Assembly (NCBI GenBank): GCA_023205875.1
Contig: CP060759.1
Span: 496,001 to 560,000 of the forward strand
From: Chloropicon primus
Lineage: Eukaryota
Length of the DNA: 64,000 nucleotides
Reading direction: 5' to 3'
Positions 40,292 to 50,777 of the stretch are shown here, one piece after another; positions within the stretch are counted from its first letter, which is position 1; the number at the start of each line of letters is the position of its first letter. Position numbers and translations under genes: made by a program. The notes beneath the pieces were generated by a model, which had not been told where the DNA came from, ran no database searches, and saw nothing but the letters and a program-made list of their open reading frames with translations.

Positions 40292-42236
40292 TCACGCCTG
40301 GCGAGTGTTGCGAGGAGAAAACTCTTTGCTGTTCGGGCTCCCCTCCTCGAGCGTCGTGGGAATTCGGAAGTTGTACGGGCCCAGAAGCGGTGTGGAGATC
40401 GCATCGGACGACAACTGGATCGATTTCCTCATGCTGTCGTCGCCAATGATCGGGCTGCCCGCGGAAGGCGTCATCATCGTCCTGTTCTTCCTCTCATCGA
40501 CTTTTTCCAGCAGGATGCCCAGTTTCATGTCGATCTGCTTGAGCCTGGCCACAAAGACGTCCTCGTTCGTCGTTCCCTTGAGCTCCTGGTCCTTGGGACC
40601 GCCTTCCTCCACCAGCGGCATCAGGCGCTGGCTCATCTCGTTCGTCCAGCTCTGCAAGTTCGCAAACAGCTGCATCTGGTCCTTGAAGCCGTTGTGCTTG
40701 TCCTTGAAAATTTCTTCCGCGGTCGAAAGCTTGCTCTCAAGCTCGCTGAACTTCTTCGTCGACGCTTGTCTCAAGTCCCTCTTGTAGTCCGCGAGCTCCC
40801 TGGTGGCGTACTTGAGCTCCTTGTTCACCTCGCTGAGCCTCGCCTCCGTCTCCTCTTTCATCTCTTGGAACTCTCTCAGCTTGTTCGGGTAGTCCATGAG
40901 GTAGTCGTAAATCTCGTGCTCGTCGAGGCCGAGCCTTTCAATCAGCTTGGTCATCTTAACCGCCACCGCCTTGTCCACAAAGTTGGCCGAGAAATCTTTC
41001 GAGGACAGCTGGGCACTCTTCAAGTCATTCCTTTTCGGCCTCTCCGTCTCTCTCTTCTTCCAGGCCGCTTCCCACTGCGTCCAGCGTTCCTTGTTCTTGA
41101 TCACCTTCTTCATGGCAGAGATCTCAAGGTCGTGGTACTTGGCCCTCTGCAACTTCTTGTGCCGGACGTCCTTCACCGAGGACACGGCCAGGTGCCTCTG
41201 GTCCTTCACGCTTCTGCACTCGAGAGCAATGTCCGTCTTGCAGTTGTTCGCGCCCTCCAAGATATTCGTCAAACGATCGACGTTCTGCTTCGCGACGATC
41301 ACTCCCATCTCGATCCTCTTCTGGACGAACTCGAGCTGGAAGTGAAATATCCCCAGGTTCTGGGACTTGCCTCGAGCGCTGTCAAGCTCCTTGGCGATCG
41401 TCTTCGCCTTCAGCTTCGCGGCATTATCCGGCGCGGCAACTGATGCCGTGTAAGCAGCATGCCTCTCCAGCTCTTTGCTCGTCCCCTCCAACGTGCTCAG
41501 CAGGACCTTCTTCCTCTCCACCTCGTCCTTTATCAAGTTGTAGTCCTTGATGACGTCTATGATCCCTTTTTTGTACACTTGCAGGGTATTCGTCGCCTTG
41601 GCTTTGATGAGGCTCCCCACGGGCACCGTCGCCGAAAGCAGGGAGCTCTTGTCCTTGGCCCTTCGAGATGACGCTGGCCTGCTCACTCCCAGGGTGGGAT
41701 ACGTCACGCTTCTCTTGGTCACCCCGTTCTCCTTCAGGGAAGGGTCCTGCATGTGCACGTGGCTTTTCGAGTACGAGGTCGACTCTTGCGAGTTTGTCGG
41801 CAAGGCGGGCCTCGATATCGTCCTGTACCCTGGTCTGTCAGCTGTCCCTGGCCTGTTTCCTATGGGACGGGACACGTCCCTTAGCGCGTTGTCGGCAGTG
41901 GAAGGCCTCTGCCTCACCCGTCCAGACGCCTGCGGCGTGGTGCTCCTACTTGCAACAGCCACAGCAATACGCGCGCGCCACGAGAGAGAGAGAGAGAGAG
42001 AGAAGGGGGGGAGGAACGCAAAGTAACAGCGTCAGCTTGGGCTTGAACCAGAGACCGAATTCGTGCGTCAGACAAGAGAGTGTGGGGTTCTCTGCTCACC
42101 TCGTTCTGCTCTCGCTCGAGCCCGGCCGGGACAGGGTGGACCGGCGAGAGAACAGCAAGGGCGTCCTGGACCTGTAGTTCGGACTGAAGGAGCGGGCAGA
42201 AGGCATGCGCCTCTCCAGAATGGCTTGCTCCGTCAT
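40292..42236 (-). CDS. Long coiled-coil protein of unknown function (exons 42236-42100, 41945-40292)
   Basis: 556-aa ORF plus an in-frame upstream exon (GTGAGC...TAG intron). A disordered RPSTA/RPGTA N-terminus is followed by heptad repeats. Confidence 0.7.
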
Positions 42237-42493
42237 ATTCCTCGAGGGCGCCGCGGGGTGGCTAAGCGTCCCCCTCCCGCCGAAAGCCCTGGGAGTATCC
42301 TCGTAGTGCGGTATCACCAACCGCTTTCCCGGTGTCGTAGGTCTGTCCAAGGGGTCAAAGCAAAGAGAAAGCAAAAGCAAAAACGTCTCAAAACATCAGT
42401 TCCGCATCCTCAGGGATCCAAACCCACCAAAGCCTCCACCTTTCCCTTACCTTGGCGTAGAGACCTCCATGCCTCCTTATCAAAGGGATGTCA

Positions 42494-42525
<32 letters not shown>

Positions 42526-43274
42526 TGTTATCCAAACTCGGAACACCTTATCGTCACTGGAGCCGCAACACACAATGCACCAAGGACTTGAAATTCAACC
42601 GACAAGCGCCGCAGAGCCTGTGCAATGATGGGGATCCAATCCTGCGCCCTCCTGTACGAACCCAAAGGACGTCGCCCTTTGCCTCCGCTGCCTTGAAGGG
42701 TGGGTTCCAGTTTTGACTTTTCATGCCTAGGCCATTTAACGGATCTCTAACGTCACATATCGAACGATGAGAGAGAGAGAAAACGAAGAATAGTATAGTA
42801 TGAAATTTGAAATTCAGCACACAGGAGGGGAGGAGTTGCCTCGGTTCGGAGGTTTTGAGGGCGGAGAAGAGGGCTCAAGGGACGAGGAGAGGGAAGGAAA
42901 AGGAAAGTGTGTAAAAGTACGTCTCGAAATCTTTCTGTTGATACCTCAATTGACGGGTTTGGTTCAGGATTCGACCAGGATTTGGGGCATCGAGAGGGTG
43001 TTGGACGGAGCACAAAACGAGAGAGGAGGGAGGACTTTGGCTTGGCTTGGGTCGGCCTGAGGAGGTTTGGGGCGGGAAGGAGGTTTGCTGGTTTGGCATT
43101 CGTCCCTTTTCCCACGAGGTCCACGCCCATCGCACGAAGTGCCGCACTCACACGGAGACAGAGGCAGAGAGGATTGAGGATCGAGGACTCTCGAACTCGG
43201 TGAGGGAGCTCCTCCACTTTGGAGGTCACCTCTCGCGCCGTTGAGCATCGAAGGGGAGTTGGATTTCGGCCAGG

Positions 43275-44201
43275 ATGTCGAATTCCAAGTACCACTCGTA
43301 CCCCGAGGAGCACGCGCCCTTCGTGCGGCACGACAGGTATGGGGTCATGGGGCTGGAGAAGCAGGGAATCCTGGAACGGGTGAGGCTGTCGGTGGCGTAC
43401 TGCACCGTCCTGCCTCTGAGGCTCTTCACCTCGATCGCGCTGGTGGCGTTGTTTTACTTGGTGTGCCTGGCGTTTCCGAAGAACGAGCAGGTGAACCGGA
43501 CCGCCCTGAGGATAACTGCGAGGACTATCCTGCTGATCATAGGCTTCGGGTCCATCGAGGTGGACAGGGGAGGGGAGGGGGTGCCCTCTGCTGGCGTCGT
43601 GTGCAACCACGTGGGCTGGACGGATATTCTGATCCTCAGCTCGATTTTCGGCCCCTCCTTCGTGGCCAGGAGCGCCACAAAGGACACCCCCCTCATCGGC
43701 AGGGTCTCGATGGCCATGAATTGCCTCTTCGTGGAGAGGGAAAAGCAGACGGACGGCTCCAGAGAAGGCATCGCGACACAGCTAAAAGAACGGATGAAGA
43801 GCACCTACGATCAGAAGTCTCGCCCTGTGGTGATCTTTGCCGAGGGGACGACGACAAACGGGAATTACCTCCTTCCTTTCAAGTCGGGCGCTTTCCTCGC
43901 CTGCCTCCCGCTGACGCTGGTCATTGTCAAGTACACCACGAGCACGGGGGGGGTCTCTCCGGCTTGGGAAAGCATTAGCGGGCTGCGGCACTTGTGCCTG
44001 ATGCTCTGCGAGCGCCGGCACAAAGCCAGCGTCAAGGTGCTGAGCATATCCCCCAAGCCCGGCGAGAGTCCCAAGGAGTACTGCCAGAGGGCGAGGCAGA
44101 CCATGCTCGAGACGGCGAACTTGTCGTCCTCGAAGAGCACGTTCAGTGACAAGCAGCAGTACCACAAGCGGCTGAGGCAGGAGCACGATAAATTCGAATA
44201 G
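43275..44201 (+). CDS. Lysophospholipid acyltransferase (LPEAT/LPCAT-like, PlsC domain)
   Basis: NHVGWTD (HX4D), FVER, FAEGTTTNG and FKSGAF motifs. Confidence 0.9.
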   Translation: MSNSKYHSYPEEHAPFVRHDRYGVMGLEKQGILERVRLSVAYCTVLPLRLFTSIALVALFYLVCLAFPKNEQVNRTALRITARTILLIIGFGSIEVDRGGEGVPSAGVVCNHVGWTDILILSSIFGPSFVARSATKDTPLIGRVSMAMNCLFVEREKQTDGSREGIATQLKERMKSTYDQKSRPVVIFAEGTTTNGNYLLPFKSGAFLACLPLTLVIVKYTTSTGGVSPAWESISGLRHLCLMLCERRHKASVKVLSISPKPGESPKEYCQRARQTMLETANLSSSKSTFSDKQQYHKRLRQEHDKFE

Positions 44202-44405
44202 CGGGGCGTGCGTTCGCGCCGTCGTCGGGGCAAGACAAGTCAGTGATCTTTTTTTTTTTTGTAAATTACCACCCCAAAATCCCTTGTATACTATAGTTAT
44301 GAAGACACAAAAAGCGCGAGGTGTGCACGCGTCTAGAAAAGGACTAACTACATGTATACACCCTTTATTTTTTAAACGATATGCAACTTGAAAACCGCCT
44401 CAAAA

Positions 44406-45978
44406 CTACTCCTTTGCCGTCTCTTCGGGGGCATCTGCAGCTTCTTCTGGCTTTTCCTCGGCGGTGCCGTTGGTCTTCTCTTCGCCTTCGTCGGCCTTGG
44501 TCTCGCCCTCGGCAATCTGCGCGGCAATGGCCTCCTTCTGGGCAGCCCTCTTGACGTGCTCGTCCTTGCGCTTCTCGAGGTACTCTGCCTTCTTCTCTCC
44601 CAGCTTGGTAATCAGTTCAGACATACCGCTTTTGTTCGTTGGCGCCGTCAAACCCAAGGAAGCAAAAGAGGAAATGATGTCCATGGAATGGACAATCTTC
44701 TCCGGCTTTGTGGCCTTCTTCTTCCCTCCTTTCTTCTTACCCTTGCCAGACCCAGTGAACCACGAATCCATCTCGTTCTCGGCGTCCTTCTTGTTGAGGA
44801 CCACCATCCCGTCCTGCGCCTGGGGGGCAGACTTCACCTCCTCGGCCGCGACTTCTTCCTTGTCGAAGGTCTTGAGGTAGCTCACGAGCTGCTCGCAGGT
44901 GGTCACCTCCCTGTCAAACGGCTCTCCAGCCTCGTCGAGTTGCCTCTGCTTCCTCTCTATGTCTCTCTTCTTCCTCTCCTCCTGCTCCGCCTCCCACTTC
45001 TTCTGTCTATCCTCCTTGGCCTGGGCCCTCCACGCTCTCTCCTTCGTCCAGTACTCGTCCTCGACCTTCCTATGCTCGTCCCTGAGTTTGTTGATAGTCT
45101 CCTTGCACTTCTTGACAATCTCGTACTGATCGGACTTCTGCTTGAACAAGTCCGGGATCTCGTCCTTGGACTCGCCGAGCTCCGCCTTGATCTGGTCCAT
45201 GATCTTGCGCTGCTCCTGCTCCTCAGCCTTCAAGCTGGTGATCTTCTCCCCCACGGCCTTGAGCTGAGCGTAAAGGGCGTCCCTCGCCGCTGGGTCCACC
45301 GCGCCCCCGCTGCTCTCGAAGAGCTCCTTCACCAGAGCCTTGGACTTCCTCAGCTCCGAGATCTGCACCACGATCTTCTTCTCCTCGTTCAGGGTCATCG
45401 ACGTGTGGGCCATCTCGTTCTCCAGCCTCTCGATCGCCGCGTCAATGTCCTCCACCTTGACGTACTGGCACTTTTCGCGAATCGCCTTCTGCTGGGCGCG
45501 GACCGCGTCCTTCTGCGCGTCCAGAGCCTTCAGCTGGGTCCGGATTCCGTTCTGCTCCTCCTGCTCGCGCGAGAACGAGGCACACAAGTCACCCATGGTC
45601 AGCACACGAAAACGAAAACGAAAACGAAAAGGAAAACGGAACACATATTCAGAACCGCCTGAGCAGATCGTCGACACAAAGCAAAACAAAACTCCTCGTG
45701 AGGAGTTGACGGGCGGGAGAGGCGTCCCTCCTCGTTTCGCGACTTACGAATAAACCCTTGAGCTCGGTCCTCAAGGCGATCAGCTTGTTCCTTGGCCCGG
45801 AGGTGGCGCTCCCTTGCCCTTTCCTTCCCTCCTTGATGTTATCGATCTTGTTCTTCAGTTCGCCCATCTTGTCGTGACACTTGGATATTTGGGTCCTCAG
45901 CTTCTCAATCTGAGCGTCAAGTTGTGACCTGTCCGGCCTCGTAGGTCGGGTCAACCTCTTCTTACTCTCCGCCGTCAT
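44406..45978 (-). CDS. BFR1 / proton-pump-interactor-like coiled-coil protein (exons 45978-45748, 45560-44406)
   Basis: RPTRPDRSQLDAQI start, IDAAIERLE...SMTLNEEKKIV, PFDREVTTCEQLVSYL and HSMDIISSFASLGLTAP motifs. Confidence 0.72.
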
Positions 45979-46186
45979 GACTCTCCCCTCTCGCTCGGTC
46001 TCTCTCCCTCGTCTCTCGTCACGATCGGCGCGCTCCCTCTGGCTCTGCTCCTCTCTCTCCCTTCAAACGTCTCCTTTGGCGGCGTCCTGTCCATGACGTT
46101 AATTATACACTATCCTCCATATGAAGTTAATTATACAATACCAAAAGTGTCGTAAAATCCAAAGATTTAGTTACCATCGTTAGGTT

Positions 46187-46585
46187 TTAGGAGGAGAGGA
46201 TGGATGATGATCTTTGTGTCTTCATTATTGACGGCAAGGATCCCAAGGCGAAGAGGGAGTCCTCTTCGTCCTCGCTGTGCTCCTCCTCGTGCTCGTCTCT
46301 CCTGATGCTCCACTTGCATCGTTGAGGACCCCGCCCCATCGGTGGACTCCCCGTCCGCCTGCCCTGCTGAAGTTCTCCCCCCAACCTGGAGAAGTAAAGC
46401 CTTTTCCCGGATCCTCTTCTTCTCTCTTCCTCTTTCCTCTTCCTCCTCCGAAGGAGGCGCCGATCCAGCCAAGCCTTGGGCAACACAAGTCCATTGGTCA
46501 ATCCTTTGGCAACGCAAGGGAACTCGACTCGAGGGAGGGGCGGCAGGCAAGGCCCGCATTGTGGATAGGAGTTGGGAATCGTCAT
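46187..46585 (-). CDS. Short hypothetical protein
   Basis: 132-codon ATG-started ORF with basic and acidic blocks filling the gap between two genes; no recognisable domain. Confidence 0.35.
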   Translation of the reverse strand: MTIPNSYPQCGPCLPPLPRVEFPCVAKGLTNGLVLPKAWLDRRLLRRRKRKEEERRRGSGKRLYFSRLGGELQQGRRTGSPPMGRGPQRCKWSIRRDEHEEEHSEDEEDSLFALGSLPSIMKTQRSSSILSS

Positions 46586-46724
46586 CGTCGTCCGGGGGCT
46601 TTCATTGCCATCGGTGCTATCGTCTTTGCTTCCCTTTGACTGCGAGGTGCGGCGCAAGGTTCTCCATCCCTTGGGAGGGTGTGTTGTCCTGGAGTCCTGA
46701 GTGGAAGGGAAGGGAAAGGTGGGG

Positions 46725-48254
46725 ATGGCAGACACGGAAGGGGGCGTGGATCAAAAGGAGCAGCAGCAGGACGGGGGAAACGACCCTGTCAACGTTGCGA
46801 TGAACCCAATAGCGGAGGAGGAGGAGGAGGCGAGGAGGAACAGCGGTTTTATCGTCCAAGACAACCCCTTGGCGGGAAACTCCGCTGCCGAGGCGGAGAA
46901 CAAGGTACTTCCGGCAAAGAAGGTCACGATCTCTGTGCCGCTGCAGGATGAATCGGGTGGCTTCTCCTCCAAGCTTGCCGCTCGCGAGAGCGCTCTGAGC
47001 GCGCAGCTGGGCATGCCATACGACGAGGGCGCGAGCGTGCTGTGCAGGGCGGTAAAGGAAATGAAGAGCGGAACGGGGCCGGTCTTCAAGGAGATGGAAG
47101 ACCTTCACAACGAGATAGCAAGGGCTCTTGGAAAGCCCGTGAGCGAGACTCCGGCGGAAAGGAAGGCCACGGCGCGCTGGAAGGAGCTGGGTGGAGCAGT
47201 CATCGTTCAAAACAAGCAAGCCACCCTGATGCAGCAGATTAAGGAGGCGAGGTTGTGGGAGCCCAAAGAGGGCACGATAGGTCACCGTGTTTTCAAGATC
47301 GTAAGGCACCCGAAATTCCAGTACGTCATGACGATAAACATCATTGTCACTGGCATAGTTCACGGGTTGGTGGCTACCTCTTGGGCAAGGGATGACTGGT
47401 ACTTCGAGATGACCCTGTATATTATGGACATACTGCTTGTCATCATGTCCACTGTAGAGTTTCTGGCTCTCTCGTTCACGCTGAGCTGGAGGTGCTTGCT
47501 CGATGGCTGGAACTGCCTGGACTTCTTTACCCTGGCTGTAAGCTGGCTCGTGATCTTCTTGGGCAACCCCTACTGGTCGTTCGGAGTCTGCAGAACTTTC
47601 AGGCTCACGAGGCAGTTCGAGTCCTCGAAAATCTTGGTGGAGGGTTTCATCATGGCCTTGCCCTCCATCCTTTGGGTCTTCTTGATCATCTTCATCAATA
47701 TCTGCGTGTTCACCGTCATCGGCGTTCAGTTCTTCAGAGAGAAATCGCCAGAGCAGTATGGGGACATCCGAACTGGGCTTTACACGAGCTTCAAGTTGAT
47801 GACGCTTGAGAATTGGACAGACGAAGCGGAGACATTGAGGCAGGCCTACAAGTACGGAAGCGCTTACTTCATCTTGTTCATCACGACAAACTCGTTCATT
47901 CTGCTGAACCTGTTGATTGCAACGGTGGTGGACCTGATCAGGGAGATCGGGCAGAAGAAGAATGCGATGAAGGATCGGAAACAAGAAGAGAAAAGGCGCA
48001 AGCAGACAGCTGTGGGGGTGTCGAACAAAATAGCGAACCCCTTCTTCAAAGGCTTGCTGCCTCAGCATGCGAAGCGAACCTTGTCGGGCAACAACAGTGC
48101 CCCGACTGCTAACCCCATCACCAACAAGAACGTCAAAGACTTCTTGACCCCAAAAAAGAAGGACAGCAACGATGGGGAGTGCGAGCTGAGTGTCGTGTCG
48201 GCCCTGGCCTCTCAGACTCAAAAGTCTGAAAGGTCGAGCTTGGCGCTCTTGTAA
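46725..48254 (+). CDS. Single-domain (6-TM) voltage-gated cation channel, Ion_trans family
   Basis: IVRHPKFQ pre-S1, DGWNCLDF (S3), CRTFRLTR (S4), pore YGDIRTGLYTSFKLMTLENW, S6 FILLNLLIATVVD, then a coiled coil. Confidence 0.88.
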   Translation: MADTEGGVDQKEQQQDGGNDPVNVAMNPIAEEEEEARRNSGFIVQDNPLAGNSAAEAENKVLPAKKVTISVPLQDESGGFSSKLAARESALSAQLGMPYDEGASVLCRAVKEMKSGTGPVFKEMEDLHNEIARALGKPVSETPAERKATARWKELGGAVIVQNKQATLMQQIKEARLWEPKEGTIGHRVFKIVRHPKFQYVMTINIIVTGIVHGLVATSWARDDWYFEMTLYIMDILLVIMSTVEFLALSFTLSWRCLLDGWNCLDFFTLAVSWLVIFLGNPYWSFGVCRTFRLTRQFESSKILVEGFIMALPSILWVFLIIFINICVFTVIGVQFFREKSPEQYGDIRTGLYTSFKLMTLENWTDEAETLRQAYKYGSAYFILFITTNSFILLNLLIATVVDLIREIGQKKNAMKDRKQEEKRRKQTAVGVSNKIANPFFKGLLPQHAKRTLSGNNSAPTANPITNKNVKDFLTPKKKDSNDGECELSVVSALASQTQKSERSSLALL

Positions 48255-48324
48255 ACAAAAAAACGTGTTGAAATCAAGCTAGGATTAAATTATATTGTAC
48301 GATCGGTGGCTTTTCAATGAGCCC

Positions 48325-50018
48325 TTACAAGTTAGAGAAGCTGCTCGCAAGTTCGTCCACAAAGCTCTGTGTGTAGGCTTGCAATTCTTGTGGATCAGTG
48401 TCATCGTCACCCATGTCCTCCTCATTCTCATCAAATTCACTGAGAATGCTCCCTTCAGGGAAAGCGTGCTTCATCACCCCGACGATCTCGTCGACGCAAT
48501 CGCCTGGGATGTAATTCGCGTTCAAGTCCAACTTCTTCAAGTTCTTGCAGGCCAAAATACTCTTCACGACAGCAACCGCTCCTGCTCTACCTATCTCGTT
48601 CTGATAAAGATCCAAAGTCTCCAGAAGACCCGCTTTTGGTGCGAGGATGGATGACAGAAGACACGCGCCCCTATCGCCCAGCTCGTTCTCCTTGAGGTCT
48701 ATCTCCCTGAGGTTTTGCTTTCCCGCAAGGCTCCTAACGAGGCTCGGGCACGCGTCTGCGGTAATGTCGTTCGCAGCGAGCCCGACACTCTCCAGCTTTG
48801 GCGCAGAATTCATCAGAGCGCCCGCAACCAGCTCCACCCCCTCGTCCTCGAGGCAAGCCTCGCTCAGGTTCAGGTGCTTCAAGTGCTGTTGGGTCTGCAA
48901 AACGCCAACCAGCGCCCCGGCCGTTTCCGGCCCAAGAATGTTATCGTGCAGGTCAAGAGAAACGAGGTTCTTCCCCATCAAGGCACCGGCAAGCCTCTGG
49001 CCACCCTCTTGCTTGACGCGGGAGGAAACCATCATAAAGTCCTCCATGCAGGGCGTCTCCTGGATCAGCTTGGCGATGGAAAAGGCCCCCTCGTTGTCGC
49101 TCATGTTGTTGTACAGGTGCAGCCTTTTCAGGGTTCCTCGGCAGGCCAGGAGGTCGTGGATCGCCTTGCACGCCGCAACGGAGCACCCAATGTTCCTGAA
49201 CGCGATGCCTCTCAAGGATTTCTGGCTCGTCAGCGCGGTGGCACAAGCCCGAATGCCCTTCTCCCCGAGGGCGTTGTCACTAAGGTCGAGGGACTCCAGC
49301 TCCAAGCCCTCCACGGCGTCGCAGAGACACTTGAGCGACTTCATGGCCTCGTCCTCCGGCCTCCCCGCAATCACGTCGCTCAAGTCCAGGTCCACGAGCG
49401 TGTCGCGGCACGCCGAGAAGGCCTCCGCCGCGACCGCCGCCGCGTCGACACCGAAACTCTTCGTGCTGAGCCTGATCCTCCTGACGCCGCTCTTGGAGGC
49501 ACTCAAGATGGGACCAAAGAGCTCCTTCGCCGTCTCAGCCGTCACGAACTCTCTGTTCCCGTCGCACAGGTCTAGGTAATCCTCGGCGCCGGCCTGGCCC
49601 TTCCCCCCGGCGTCCTCCCCTCTCTCGATCGCCTCCACCGCCTGCACCACGAGGTTCCCTGCCTTCCTGGCATAGATCTGTGTCGTCTCCTCGTCCGGCC
49701 TCCTTCCCGTCGTCGTCCTGCTGTCCACCTTCGCCGCGGTATACGCCTGACAAACCACCGAACAAGCACGGCAAGAGAAGAACACCACCAAGACGTCAGC
49801 ACGAGCGACCGAGCCGACCGACCGACCGAGAGAGAGAGGGAAAGAAAGAGAGAGAGAAACTTTTGTTCGCCGACCTTTTCTTCAACGACTTTTGCCTTGG
49901 CCAAGGCCTTTTCTTCCTCTATTTTAACTCCCTTGAGCTCTGCAAGGGACCTGATCGAATGCGCAACTCCTTCCCTCACGCTCTTCCTCCCCAACTCCTT
50001 CACCTCCCACTCTTCCAT
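48325..50018 (-). CDS. RANGAP: Ran GTPase-activating protein with N-terminal WPP-like domain and LRRs (exons 50018-49875, 49746-48325)
   Basis: DLSDVIAGRPEDEA, LDLSDNALGEKGIRA and LYNNMSDNEGA motifs of plant-type RanGAP, plus an acidic tail. Confidence 0.9.
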
Positions 50019-50777
50019 CGCAACACAACCTAGCTAACTCCTCCTCTCGCCCTCGCTCTCTTCGACAAAACTCCAAACTCTTGCTCTTCCCAATCTCGCC
50101 CTTCGCTTATTCACCAAATGACGTTACACCCCCTGTAACGTCATAGAAAAGAGAGAGAGACTTTCCTTTCCCTTTCTTTTGGGAACAAGCAAGCGCTCAA
50201 AGATGGTGACAAGTCTTGTCTTGATGGCGAGGAAAGTCTCTTCCTCGGCTTCCTCGATAGGAGTGTTCCCTCCGCGCAAGCCTGGCTGAACTCCATAGGC
50301 AGACGTCTACTGCTGGTACCGTCCCCAAGGGCGATGATGGGAGTGTTTCCTTCCTGGAGGGACTGCACTTCCTCGCCACGGCGAAGTGTCTCCTCCCTGT
50401 GGAATTAAAGTCACTCACTCACTCACTGGTTCATCGTCGGTTCCTCCCTACGATGGAATTAGAGACAGGGGAGAGAGAGAGGGGGGGGGGGAGAGAATCA
50501 ATCCTCCATCCATACTGTGGCAGAAGAGGGCCAAGGGATCGACGGGAGAAGGTTCAGGACAAGATCCTGTGTTTGTGTTTGTTTGTGTTGTGAAGGATGA
50601 GATGAGGCCTTGTTGTGGCGTGGAAAGTCTTTGAGGCTTGCTTGCTTTTCGAGGGGACGACGACGACGAGTCTTTTTTGTTTTTGTTTTTGAAGAGACCT
50701 TCCTTGCTTGCTTGCTCACTCTTTTGCAACCAAACCCCCGAAAGTGAAGACGAGACCTGAGGGAAAGAGAGGGGAGA

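Noticed and set aside
40292..42236. Assignment as an outer-dynein-arm docking complex subunit
   Set aside because: Only generic coiled-coil similarity; no diagnostic motif recognised.
42560..42730. Possible ncRNA or gene fragment in the intergenic region
   Set aside because: No recognisable boxes, stems or sustained reading frame.
46181..46191. TAGGTTTTAGG as a telomerase RNA template or interstitial telomere
   Set aside because: Only 1.5 units, overlapping the stop of a small ORF; no Pol III promoter or terminator context, and the host telomere motif is unknown.
50229..50243. GAGGAAAGTC as the RNase P/MRP CR-I motif
   Set aside because: The flanking pairing topology does not fit P1-P4 and no CR-IV/CR-V consensus is visible; kept only as an unknown hairpin.
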